Shown here: positions 1 to 11,885 of the stretch, piece by piece
How positions within the stretch are numbered: position 1 is the first letter of the stretch
Layout of the letters: each line of letters starts with the position of its first letter
Position numbers and translations under genes: made by a program
The notes under the pieces: generated by a model
Databases searched by the model: none
Told to the model about the DNA's origin: nothing
What the model saw: the letters and a program-made list of their open reading frames with translations, nothing else
Origin: Histomonas meleagridis 2922-C6/04-290x
Lineage: Eukaryota; Protista; Parabasalia
Direction of reading: 5' to 3'
NCBI GenBank assembly: GCA_020184695.1
Contig: JAANOX010000198.1
Coordinates: 62,001-126,000 of the forward strand
DNA: 64,000 nucleotides

Positions 1-59
1 GTTTTGTTGTGGTTTTTCAAATCAACTTAGAAATATTTGAATTTATCTTTTAAAGTGAT

Positions 60-375
60 GATCAAAGAAACCACTTTAAAACATTATGAAGACACTTTTA
101 AATAAACATAATGAATGCATGTCATAGAATTAAATTTATGCTTTAATTTGATATGTCGTTTATCGATTTGAACAGTTTCTATCACCATAAAATTGATCCT
201 TTTTTTATAACATTGGGAATTCTGCGATTTCTTTTTAAATTTAAATTTATTGTTTCATGTAAAGCACTCATAATATTGAACTTGTTACATACATTTTAAA
301 GTCAAAAGGAATTGATATTAATACTAGAGATATTTTTTTTAATAATTTAATGTTTCAAAATATTGTTTGAAATTA
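60..375 (+). pseudogene. Decayed DUF3447/ankyrin gene fragment, truncated inside its first 17+3 spacer
   Basis: 273-331 translates NIELVTYILKSKGIDINTRD (cf. NIELVTYILKQKGIDINAKD at 10262-10320). It is followed by 17-mer+AAT, 17-mer+GAA, then breaks at ~375 where the transposase remnant starts. Confidence 0.7.
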
Positions 376-1460
376 TTTAGTTAATCCATTACATATTGAT
401 CTTCGTACAAGATCTGAGATTTCTCTTATAAATGTAGCATAATCTTTTCCTGTTACACTTTTCAAAAACCATCTACTAATAACTCCAAATCCAGGTATTA
501 CACAAGATAAAATTGATAGCTTCCTACAAGATAAATCACCTTCAACAATTGGAACTACCCCAATCAAAGATCTCCCATTTATGGCATGAGGCAAATAAGT
601 CACAGCTGCTTCGTCAACAAATAAAAATAGTATATTAGATCGCGATGTCAACTCCAAAACAATAGTTGCCCGAAAAGCTCTGAGGCACATTAATGTGGTA
701 ATTCTCATACAAATTATAATTTTCATCCCATATATTTACTCAAATTAAAAAATAATGGAATTTGAATTCGCTGTGTATTTTTTGTGTTATTGATTTCATT
801 TATATTGATCGTTAAAACTTTAGGACATCTTTTGATTCTGATTTTTGCTATATAATTTGAATTTTCAATAATTTCTGATTGAAAATACTTTTTGATACTG
901 CTCAAAATGTTTCCAGTTTCGAAACTTAATAACATAGATGTCATTGTATCATAAGTTAATAAATATTCCACCTCACTCTACCCATAGTTTTTTTCAAAAT
1001 CATAGCAAAATTATTCTTCGTTTCTTCTGCTAATGAATTTATAAAATATTGATAGAATTCATGAACATCTTGTTGAACAAGAAAATTGCCATCATCGAAT
1101 AGAAGAAAAGAATTCATCCAGCAGTCCCATTTTTGAATTAAATTCTTCAGTCGTATAATAAAATTATAGAATTTAGTACTTTCCATTTGATCGATGATTT
1201 CTTTAACTAGTATGTTTGAATATTCATTACTATGTGATCTAATTGAGTTAATAATTTCTTCTACAACAAGAATTGCTTGGAAATAAGAAATAATAGAACA
1301 AGAATGATTTGTATTTAAATAACCTTTTAGAAAGGCTTGAAACTTATAAACGTATTTCTTCTTGTCGAGTTTCTCGAGACCTGAGAGAATTGCTCCAGGT
1401 CGTTTTGAGTCATAAGTACCGGATTTTTCTCCAGTTTGCGTAAAAAATAATATAAAATCA
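373..1460 (-). mobile_element. Frameshifted DDE transposase remnant (IS630/Tc1-like, DDE_3 type)
   Basis: Consecutive same-strand ORF pieces (956-1186, 723-971, 373-726). The last has FLFVDEAAV...KLSILSCVIPGFGV...SVTGKDYATFIREI, resembling the first-D region of IS630/Tc1 catalytic cores. No TIRs found. Confidence 0.5.
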
Positions 1461-2078
1461 TCATTAATTCAAAATAAATTTCATAATAATCAAAATATCA
1501 ATTTTTTCACTTAATTTTTATTGAAGGAATATGACATTTTCTAGTCTCCGACTGTTAAAAGTGGGCAATTTTTAATGAACGATGGATGAAAATTAACGTC
1601 CTGGCAGAAAACGTTTAGAAAACGTTAAAAAGTGGACAATTTTTAGCTTCCAATGGTCAAATTTTTGTGGCCGGCACTGTAGCATCAAAGGAATGGATTT
1701 TTGAATAAATGGGCACCCAAAAAGTTTGTTTCAACACAAGAGATTGATTTTTGTAATACAAGTAACCGCCAACCAAGAGGACGATATGTGAGCACAATTA
1801 CCTAACACTTTTTGAAACGTTAAGAAAAATTCTGGATGTGTGGCATCAAGTAAAAGTAAAAATTCAAGTAAATTTACTTTCTGTTGTTGTAAAAAAATTA
1901 TTAAACTTAAACAAATTATATTTAATATAATACAAGAAAAATGAACAAACCAGTTAAAGTGTCAACTTTCTGTTTTGTTCTTGTATATTGTAATCGTATA
2001 GAAGCATAAAATCTTTAAAATGAACAATTTTTATTTGATGAATTAAATATGTAAATATGTTTCAACATAACCATTCCA

Positions 2079-4013
2079 TCAAAGAATGGTTTTGAAAGCA
2101 ACGAACATATCTTTATCCAGATATTTTTCTCTTCTACAAGCAACAACGGTAAATATAATAATCATAACGAGAGGTATTATCGAGAAGCATGGACTCGTCA
2201 AACAGCCCCATGCGTCAACCATTTCGTTAAACAAATAATACCCCATAAAAGCAACAGCAGCGTCACAACACACAAAAACAATTAAGTCAATGGTGAAAAT
2301 CGCCGACCAACTTTTTGCCAAAAACTCACTAAACGAAGAAGCAAAGACAAAAGTAGGCAAAGCAACTAATGCATAATATATAAATACAATGATTTGACCC
2401 ATGACATCAAAATGATTTTTTCCACTCATTATGAATCCATATGCCCATAAAATACCAATAATACCATCAACCTCAACAAAAAAAGTTGGTAATACAATAG
2501 GATATATTAATAAAATAAATAAAATAATTCTTAGCCATGTTGGAAGATTTGAAATTCGTTCGTTCATTGCAAAGAAGCCTAAAAATATTGAGCCAAACTT
2601 ACGACTTTCTTCTTCACCATCTTCAACTATCCATGAATTTAAGATTTGTCCATATTGAAACTTTGGGATAAAAGTCCTAAACGGGATTACTATCAACATT
2701 AAAAGGAACACAATAAGAAACATTCCAATTCTGGAGGTGAACGTTAAGTTGGGCCACCCCAAAACTTTTTCTTTATTGAGTTGAATTTCATCTCCAATAA
2801 CAAAAGTCATTTCATAGTTATAATCTCCAAAGAATTTTAAATTATAAATACCATTTTCTTTTATATTAATATTATCAGAATATAAAGAAATAGTATTATT
2901 TGTATTTATATATCTATTAAATTTCAATTTTTTGGTTGTGTTTTCGTTATTAATTTGATAATTTATATTTAATGTTTGATTTGAATCATAAACTATAACT
3001 CGAATTCGAATGTCCTTTTGATTAAATATCGATAATGTACTTACTTGATTAATAGGAATTGGATTAGTCACAAAAGCATTTTGTAAAACGTCATCTATTT
3101 TTAATGAATGATAAACAATTCGACCATTATCAATAGTGATAATACCAAAACCTTTATGTTTAAGAAGATCTGATGCAACAACTTCAAGCATTCCATTCGT
3201 ATGGATGAATGTTGTTTCACTTGGATGTGTATGACCTGTGATAAGCATTGAACAATTATTATTCGTTATAATTTGTTCAAGTGTTTTACCTGTTGAAGAT
3301 GTACATGTGTATTTATCCCATAAGTCTAATGGATAATGACAATGAATTATTCGCGTTTTCGTTTGGGGATTTTGAATGAAAAATTCTTCAATGTTATCCA
3401 ATACTTCATGTGGAGGATATATCCACATACCATACTTGGCATTAATGGTCGGATAACGAAATGGTGAAATAGAAATAATTTCACTTTGAGCTGTTTCATA
3501 TTTTGATACATAAAATTCTTTCTGAGCTAAATTATAAGTTTTCAGATAAGAACTATAATTAAGAAAATAATGATGCTTGGATTCATAGTTATAAATACGA
3601 TATTCATCATGGTTACCAGCAATGTCAATAAGGATTTTGCTGATGTTATACTTATCAATAACAGAATGATAATTAAGATAATCTTCTTCACTTTGTTTGG
3701 GATAACTAAGTTCTGTGGGTTTGTTGTCAACTAAATCACCTGTAATGATGACACTGGATGGCTCCCATTTCATTGAATAATTTAATGCCATATCAAAATG
3801 TTGAGCTCTTGATGATACCTCATGATTTATATGTGTATCTGCAAAGCTGGCAATAATTTCAGGATTTAATTCATCATTCCATTCGATATTTGTAGTAGAT
3901 GATTTAATTGGGTCTATGGTTTTTGTGGTTGGCATAAATACACCAATTAAAAGGACGATTATTATGATTATTACCCAAGTATATTGTGAAAATAAGTAAA
4001 AGAGGGATCTCAT
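2079..4013 (-). CDS. TMEM62: TMEM62-like calcineurin-type metallophosphoesterase with C-terminal multi-pass TM region
   Basis: Motifs DTH, GDLVDN, GNHD, H-x-H-YP, GHTH; N-terminal hydrophobic anchor; ~5 C-terminal TM helices. Confidence 0.8.
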   Translation of the reverse strand: MRSLFYLFSQYTWVIIIIIVLLIGVFMPTTKTIDPIKSSTTNIEWNDELNPEIIASFADTHINHEVSSRAQHFDMALNYSMKWEPSSVIITGDLVDNKPTELSYPKQSEEDYLNYHSVIDKYNISKILIDIAGNHDEYRIYNYESKHHYFLNYSSYLKTYNLAQKEFYVSKYETAQSEIISISPFRYPTINAKYGMWIYPPHEVLDNIEEFFIQNPQTKTRIIHCHYPLDLWDKYTCTSSTGKTLEQIITNNNCSMLITGHTHPSETTFIHTNGMLEVVASDLLKHKGFGIITIDNGRIVYHSLKIDDVLQNAFVTNPIPINQVSTLSIFNQKDIRIRVIVYDSNQTLNINYQINNENTTKKLKFNRYINTNNTISLYSDNINIKENGIYNLKFFGDYNYEMTFVIGDEIQLNKEKVLGWPNLTFTSRIGMFLIVFLLMLIVIPFRTFIPKFQYGQILNSWIVEDGEEESRKFGSIFLGFFAMNERISNLPTWLRIILFILLIYPIVLPTFFVEVDGIIGILWAYGFIMSGKNHFDVMGQIIVFIYYALVALPTFVFASSFSEFLAKSWSAIFTIDLIVFVCCDAAVAFMGYYLFNEMVDAWGCLTSPCFSIIPLVMIIIFTVVACRREKYLDKDMFVAFKTIL

Positions 4014-4228
4014 TTTATTAAATGTAAAAGAGACCGAATCTATCTAATCGTTGAAAAAGTCGAATTGATTGTAAAGTGGCGGTTAATTTAACACTTTTTT
4101 TAAACGTGCACTGGCAAAAGCAGAAAAAAATGTCAATTCGGAATTAATTTTTATTTTGATTATGATAATGTTCTTGGTTGGTTTGGTAAAAGAAAAAAAA
4201 ATTATAACACTTTATCAAAATTTTTATT

Positions 4229-4846
4229 TTACATCTTTAATTGATCTACTTTTATATCTTTATGAGAAGAGGTGTTTGATTTCATCTGAGAAAGTAAATT
4301 TGTTTGTTGTTTCTGCGGACTTGGAATATTGCCCTTTGAAGGAGATGACGATTTTTGAATTGTCTCTCTTATTATTGATTGGAGGGTTTTCTGAAGAGCC
4401 TGTGCTGATGGTGCCACGCATTTTTGAGTAGGATTTGTTTGGGGCTCTTTTTTAATGGTAGGAGATTGATTAATTTTGAAACATTCTAATTTGGATTCAT
4501 AGTAATTTATTAAAGCATCATAATGGTGTTCAAGCATTTTATTTCTTGTTTTGATTTTTACTTCTCCCTTTTTATTTTTTATTTTGAATACTAAATTATT
4601 ATTATATTTTGCAACACCAATAATTTCAATAGCCTCACTTCCTTTTTTAATGTTTGATTTTTTTGATTTCCAGTAATTTTCAAGAATTTGTGGACAATTT
4701 AGATTTTCCTCTTTTTCCCAAGTGGATTCCGATACAGGATATCCTTTCCATTTTAGAAGGTATTTAATTCCGCTTTGAGTATGTTTATGATCCATAATTT
4801 GTTCTACTTCATACATCCTGCTTGTATTTTTCACATCAAATGTCAT
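4229..4846 (-). CDS. Chromodomain (HP1-like) protein
   Basis: YEVEQIMDHK...YLLKWKGYPVSESTWEKEENLNCPQILENYW is a canonical chromodomain, followed by a chromo-shadow-like segment. Confidence 0.85.
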   Translation of the reverse strand: MTFDVKNTSRMYEVEQIMDHKHTQSGIKYLLKWKGYPVSESTWEKEENLNCPQILENYWKSKKSNIKKGSEAIEIIGVAKYNNNLVFKIKNKKGEVKIKTRNKMLEHHYDALINYYESKLECFKINQSPTIKKEPQTNPTQKCVAPSAQALQKTLQSIIRETIQKSSSPSKGNIPSPQKQQTNLLSQMKSNTSSHKDIKVDQLKM

Positions 4847-5316
4847 TTATCTGCAAATGAACTATTGTTTAAATGCTTATATTTACATATTCATTTTTAA
4901 TTTCATTAAAGAAAACAATATTTGATTGAACTACAAATCATCTTAAAGTCTCAGTTGTTAAAACTCTGGAATTATTTGATCATTTAAATTTATCATGCAC
5001 TTTTAATAATGTTATTCATAATTTGATTTATTATAAGTTTTAAAATATCTTATACATTTGATATTGATTATTAATAATATAAATTTCGTTTCAATTTCGT
5101 AATAAAAATGAAGATTTGACGTTTAAAGAAGAATACAACCAAAATTAAAATTTTCGTTTGTACTTTTTTCACCAAGGAAATGAACAATTTTGATGGAATA
5201 CTTTTGTTGTGCAATTTGAAATGTAGTTAAAGATCGTTAAAATATATTCAAAATTTTAAAAAAATATTCCAAATTATTCAAATGAATAATTTTTTCTTTA
5301 ATCATTTTTTCTTCAG

Positions 5317-5675
5317 TTAAATGTTTTAAATATTTACTTATGAATAATGCAAGTGTAGAAAACACAGGTAAATATGCAATTGCAGGTGGAAATGAAGAAA
5401 TCATTCATTTATGTGAACAAAATCATTCATCTTTTGAAGGTGCATATGAAACAGCAATTAAATTTCAACGAAATGATATCTTTAAATATCTTTATGAAAA
5501 TAAAATTGAAGATATTAACAAATTAAAAAAATTCGGAGAAAAATGTGTTTCATATTTTAATTATGAAATTTTTGCATATTTAGAAAAAGAAGGAAAGAAA
5601 ATTAATAAAAATATCATTAATAAAGCAGCAAAAATTGGAAATATTTTTCTTGTAAAATATTTCCATAAAAATAAT
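5317..5675 (+). pseudogene. Orphan DUF3447 fragment, near-identical inverted copy of 10364-10723
   Basis: Direct sequence match (reverse complement) to the locus-1 DUF3447 tail; lacks both gene ends. Confidence 0.85.
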
Positions 5676-6265
5676 TTACTTAATATATTAAAAATTAGAA
5701 TTCTAATATTGTATTGGAATTTATCTTTGATAAATTTGGTTAATGTTTTTCGTGAATGAAATTCGAATGTATGATAATAATGAATATTAATTATGTCGGT
5801 TTATTTCATGAGTTTTCAAAAGCTCTATCGTTTTTACAGAATGAATTATATAGTAATGTATAGTATTTTTTCGGTTTAACTTTTCAATTGCCAGGGTTTG
5901 ACTACACAGTTCTTCACTTTCCCACAATTACCGCCGTCAAACGAAAAAGTTTGAGAACATTTCAAAGCAACCGCTAATAACGATGTGACGCAGAAAATTC
6001 AATAGTTTAAAACGGCTGACAATAGAAAAATATCTCCAACAATAACTCAAGAGAAAATCATGTGAAAATGAAATCTAACAAATCAAATGCGCAACATAAA
6101 CATTTGATTATAATATTTGAATAAAATTTTAAAAGTTTGCTTTAAATTGCAACGGATTTGATGATTTTTCTTCTCAATTTATCCGATAACTTTTTCGGAT
6201 TAAACAAATTCAATCGATATTTGTTCGAAGTAAAAAATTTGACTGCATAGAAATCAGATCAAGAA

Positions 6266-8263
6266 ATGGAAAAACAGTTTGAATTCATGAACCTATCTCC
6301 TCTCCATATGTCCACTCTGTTACATCGGTACGATATGGTTATGGAGTTAAAGGAACATGTTGCTGCCACAGAAAAGACTTTTCAACATTATGCTGAATGT
6401 GGTCGACAATTATGCGAGTGTATGGAAAAACTTTCCGGCACATTCCAGCGTTACGATGAATTTAAATCCGATCCTGCATTACAAAGCATATCAGAATTAC
6501 TTATTTCATTTTCAAGTACCTTAAAGAGTCATTATGACCAAGTTGATCAACACATCATTACCTCTTTGAAGACTTTTATTAAAAAAGATATTGGCCGAGT
6601 TGAAGAAGACAATCGTCGAGTTTCACATTGCATTGATACATATAACAAACTTGTTGAACAGTTCGTTCAAATCAACAAGAAAAAGCCCGGTGCTGATCAA
6701 GAAGAGAAAGAAGCCCGTATGATGGCCTCACATTGGCAAGCTGTTTATTCCAGTTTCATGTTTAACCGTAGTCTCGACTATGTTGAACGAAAGAAGTTAC
6801 TAGAAATCACAGGAACCATGCTTATGTTTATTAATCTCGTTGCTTTGGCATATAAAGAATGTTTATTTAGTTTTGATGATGCCAAAGATTCTTTTTCAAA
6901 TCTTCAACTTGCACTTCCAGTTTCCTCTGATGAAGTCAACAACTTTGAAAAGAACACAGATATTCTTGGAAAATCACTCGAAGGATATTATACGTTATAT
7001 TGGAAGCGATTAAAAGTCTCATTTACACACACCCCTGCCATCAACCACGAAGGCTATTTATGGAAGAAAGGCAGTGGTTTTACCAAATCTTGGCAAAAGC
7101 GATATTTCATATGTCAAAATCATACATTATCATATTTCCATGGAACAGAAGACAGTGATAAGCCACAAGGTATCTTACCCCTGTTATTGACCACAGTTAA
7201 ACCTATTAAGGATCCAGAACGCCGATTTTGTTTCACGATCATATCGCAAGAAAAAGTCTATGTACTACAGGCGTTAACTGAATGGGACATGAACGAATGG
7301 ATCGCAGTCATCCAAAACAATATTCAATATCTGTTAGATCATAGTGGGGAAGATATCAAAGAAACTACTACATTTACGAAAGATTCTAGCAATGACTCAC
7401 CATTATCGGTCGAGTGTAATTGTGTTTGTGCAGATTGCGGTGCACCAAATCCAGTTTGGTGTTGCATCAATTGGGGAGTTTGCATCTGCATCAATTGTAG
7501 TGGAGTTCATCGATCATTGACCACATCAGTTTCTAAAGTTCGATCATTAACCTTAGATCGATTAGATCCCACCACCAATAAGTTATTTTTTTAGCGATTG
7601 GTAATTCTAATGCTAATTCCATATTAGAGAAGAACGTTGGGAGCGAGAAAATCAACCCTGGCGTTACTGAAAGGGAAACGAGAAGAGTATATGCGGAAGA
7701 AGTACTTGCAGATGTCATATTTTGCCAACAACGGCGTAAGCTATGACATGCACGAAGCGATAAGAGATGGTAACGTTCTCAAAGTTTACTCGTGCATTTG
7801 CGACATGAAAAAGCGTCAAATCAATCCGACCAACGGTTATACCCCATTACACGAAGCAGCCTCAGCCGGTAACCAGTTGATTACTTTGTTGTTGGCTTTG
7901 AATACAGATAACTTAAATGCTTTAGATGAAGAATGGTCAGCTTTGGCTTATGCAACTTATTATAATAATAATGATGCAGTCGAAGTGTTGTTACAATGCG
8001 GTTGTAATCCAAATGCTTCACATATTGTACACCCATATCAAATAGCAAAGGAAAATGGTAACCAGGCAATTATAGCAATGATGTTACCTTATTGGAATGA
8101 GAAAAATATGGAACAGCATGCTACAAACTTAAAGCCACCACATCCTTTGTCGTGGCAAGCAAGCAATGATACAAAGAATACCAAACTTGAAAGATATGCA
8201 ACAATTAATTTACTTGGAGCAATGGATTTCCAGTATTACGATCGAAAAAATGTTTTTTGTTAA
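6266..8263 (+). CDS. BAR-PH-ArfGAP-ankyrin protein (ACAP/centaurin-beta-like), with two compensating 1-nt frameshifts at ~7590 and ~7675
   Basis: PH (HEGYLWKKG...WQKRYF), ArfGAP zinc finger CADC-x16-CINC with HRSL...SKVRSLTLD, and ankyrin GYTPLHEAA. The intermediate frame reads LAIGNSNANSILE, bridging ORFs 6266-7594 and 7637-8263. Confidence 0.85.
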
Positions 8264-8340
8264 TGAGTCTTAAAGTGTTTAAAGACTTCAGATTATAAAT
8301 GTAACTATTTTTAGTAAAACTATTTAATGAAAGTAGATGA

Positions 8341-8767
8341 ATTGAAGAATTTTTCATTCAAAATCCCCAAAAGAAAACGCGAATAATTCATTGTCATTAT
8401 CCATTAGACTTATGGGATAAATACACATGTACATCTTCAACAGGTAAAACACTTGAACAAATTATAACGAATAATAATTGTTCAATGCTTATCACAGGTC
8501 ATACACATCCAAGTGAAACAACATTCATCCATACGAATGGAATGCTTGAAGTTGTTGCATCAGATCTTCTTAAACATAAAGGTTTTGGTATTATCACTAT
8601 TGATAATGGTCGAATTGTTTATCATTCATTAAAAATAGATGACGTTTTACAAAATGCTTTTGTGACTAATCCAATTCCTATTAATCAAGTAAGTACATTA
8701 TCGATATTTAATCAAAAGGACATTCGAATTCGAGTTATAGTTTATGATTCAAATCAAACATTAAATA
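8341..8767 (+). pseudogene. 427-bp inverted duplicate of an internal TMEM62-like segment (2966-3392)
   Basis: Near-identical sequence; ORF 8485-8808 repeats MLITGHTHPSETT...SNQTLN. Confidence 0.9.
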
Positions 8768-10261
8768 CTTTTAGCATCAATATCAATTCCTTTTTGTTCA
8801 AGAAGTAATTTGACTATTTCTATATGACCATTTTCAGATGCAATCATAAGTGCTGTTTGAAATAATTTAAATAATTTCCAAATATTATTTTGAAATAAAA
8901 AATTATTAAAATAAATTTCAAATAAAATAAATAAATATCTTTAGCATTAATATCAATTCCTTCTTGTTCAAGAAGTAATTTAAATATTTCTGTATGAACA
9001 TTTGAAGATGTAATCATAAGTGCTGTTTGAAATAATTTAAATAAATTCCAAATATTATTTTAAAATATAAAATCATTAAAATAAATATTAAATAAAACAA
9101 ATAAATATCTTTAGCATTAATATCAATTCCTTCTTGTTCAAGAAGTAATTTGACTATTTCTGTATGAACATTTGAAGATGTAATCATAAGTGCTGTTTGA
9201 AATAATTTAAATAAATTCCAAATATTATTTTGAAATAAAAAATTATTAAAATAAATTTCAAATAAAATAAATAAATATCTTTAGCATTAATATCAATTCC
9301 TTCTTGTTCAAGAAGTAATTTGACTATTTCTGTATGACCATTTTCAGATGCAATCATAAGTGCTGTTTCAAATATTTTAAATAATTTTCAAATATTATTT
9401 TGTAATTTCAAATTATTAATATAAATTTTATCTTTAGCATTAATATCAATTCCTTCTTGTTCAAGAAGTAATTTAAATATTTCTGTATGAACATTTGAAG
9501 ATGTAATCATAAGTGCTGTTTGAAATAATTTAAATAAATTCCAAATATTATTTTAAAAATATAAAAATCATTAAAATAAATATTAAATAAAACAAATAAA
9601 TATCTTTAGCATTAATATCAATTCCTTCTTGTTCAAGAAGTAATTTGACTATTTCTGTATGAACATTTGAAGATGTAATCATAAGTGCTGTTTGAAATAA
9701 TTTAAATAAATTCCAAATATTATTTTAAAATATAAAATCATTAAAATAAATATTAAATAAAACAAATAAATATCTTTAGCATTAATATCAATTCCTTCTT
9801 GTTCAAGAAGTAATTTGACTATTTCTATATGACCATTTTCAGATGCAATCATAAGTGCTGTTTGAAATAATTTAAATAAATTCCAAATATTATTTTAAAA
9901 TATAAAATCATTAAAATAAATTCTATATAAAACAAATAAATATCTTTAGCATTAATATCAATTCCTTCTTGTTCAAGAAGTAATTGAACTATTTCTGTAT
10001 GACCTACTTTAGATGCCCAAATAAGTGCTGTATAAAATAATTTAAATAATTTCCAAATATTATTTTGAAATCCAAATTTATTAAAATAAATTTTGAACAT
10101 AACGAATAAATGTCTTTAGCATTAATATCAATTCCTTCTTGTTCAAGAAGTAATTTAACGATTTCTATATTACCTTTTTTAGATTCAATCATAAGTGCTG
10201 TTTGAAATAATTTAAATAATTTCCAAATATTATTTTGAAATTAAAAATTTTTAAAATAAAT
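8767..10261 (-). repeat. 170-bp ankyrin unit array with (17+3)n spacers
   Basis: TAL codons at 10196, 10026, 9856, 9686, 9514, 9361, 9191, 9021, 8851; spacer lengths 60,80,80,80,82,63,80,80,80. Confidence 0.95.
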
Positions 10262-11440
10262 ATCTTTAGCATTAATATCAATTCCTTTTTGCTTTAAAAT
10301 GTATGTAACAAGTTCAATATTTCCTGAAAATGAAGCAAAAACTAAAATATTTCCTGGAAGTTGATTATTTTTATGGAAATATTTTACAAGAAAAATATTT
10401 CCAATTTTTGCTGCTTTATTAATGATATTTTTATTAATTTTCTTTCCTTCTTTTTCTAAATATGCAAAAATTTCATAATTAAAATATGAAACACATTTTT
10501 CTCCGAATTTTTTTAATTTGTTAATATCTTCAATTTTATTTTCATAAAGATATTTTAAAGATATCATTTCGTTGAAATTTAATTGCTGTTTCATATGCAC
10601 CTTCAAAAGATGAATGATTTTGTTCACATAAATGAATGATTTCTTCATTTCCACCTGCAATTGCATATTTACCTGTGTTTTCTACACTTGCATTATTCAT
10701 AAGTAAATATTTAAAACATTTAATTGATCCAAAGAATGCTGCATAATCAATTAATGTAACATTTTTATGATTAATAAATGAACATCTTTCATAAAGTGAT
10801 GGTTCAATTGTTTGATCAAAATTATAATTTGTTTGAGATGATATATCTTGAAGTTTTTCTATTTCATCATTTCGAATTATTTTTGCAATTTCTCTTGGAT
10901 TAACTCCTTCTTCAATTAATTGCTTATGAAGTTCAAAATCATTCTTTGAAAGTTCTTCATAAGCAATATTTTCTTGATCAAATAAATATTTATATTCATT
11001 TGATTTATCTTGATTAATATGAACAAAAAATGGATTAAATGTATTTTTGATGAATTTTGATTCAAGTAAATTATGCTTAATCATGTAATTAAGTAAATAA
11101 AATGATTCTTGTGTGTTTTCTTTAAGTAGAAATTGAGAAAATAAATTTATTATTTTTGAGCCGATTTTATTATTTTCTTCATATTTTTCAATTTCTTGTA
11201 ATAATCTCAAATATATATCAAAATTATTACTATCAATCAGAAGATATATATATATATCATTCGGAATATAATGATATCATAAGATAATGGATATTCTTAA
11301 CAAAACTTGCTGATAATAAAATTTGATGATTGAGCAAAATTATCTATATTCAAACCAAAGATTATGCTTTTGAGCGCTGTAAATGTTTCCCACTCCTTTT
11401 GAGATTTCTGATTTGATGTTGCTGATTGATTTTGATTCAT
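8767..11440 (-). pseudogene. DUF3447-ankyrin locus 1 (9 micro-exon-interrupted ANK repeats); N-terminus disrupted, 3' end truncated
   Basis: ATG at 11440 (MNQNQSA); TAA at 11297-11299; (AT)7 slip at ~11244-11257; +1 A at ~10555; DUF3447 core IIRNDEIEKL...IDYAAFFGSIKCFKYL...YAIAGGNEEIIHLCEQ. Confidence 0.8.
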
Positions 11441-11885
11441 TTTAGAAAAACAGAAAGGGCAACAAAGCCGTTTAAAAAACCGCCAAATTTTGTTCTTTGA
11501 ATATTATTTATAATATATAAGAACAAAACAGACGGTTGACACTCTAACCGTAATTTCTCCTCGAAAATTATCATTCAATTTCATCTATCGGAGCGGCTTC
11601 CAGTTTTTCCTAGAAAATTTCAGTTATTTTTTCTGATGTTTATTCTTTACATGTATCGTCATTCAATATTGAAAACTTTATTATTAGAAAAAGTTTCATC
11701 TTCGAATTAAATGATTTACTTACGCACTTTTTTTTTCTAATTGTTCGCGCTGCCAATTTTTTACTATATCATGTCAACCAGCGATCTCTAATGATTTGAT
11801 TCATTTTTAAGCAATTTTTTTCTTTTTTCTCTTCTCTTAATTTTTTTCTTATCTTATTATTCACTGTTTTTAAGGGACTGCGGTC

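Noticed and set aside
8767-10261. Plain satellite or pseudogene decay as the explanation of the 170-bp arrays
   Set aside because: ANK blocks and triplets avoid stops, lengths are quantised, and the Gly triplet changes synonymously. Some individual loci are nevertheless probably dead.
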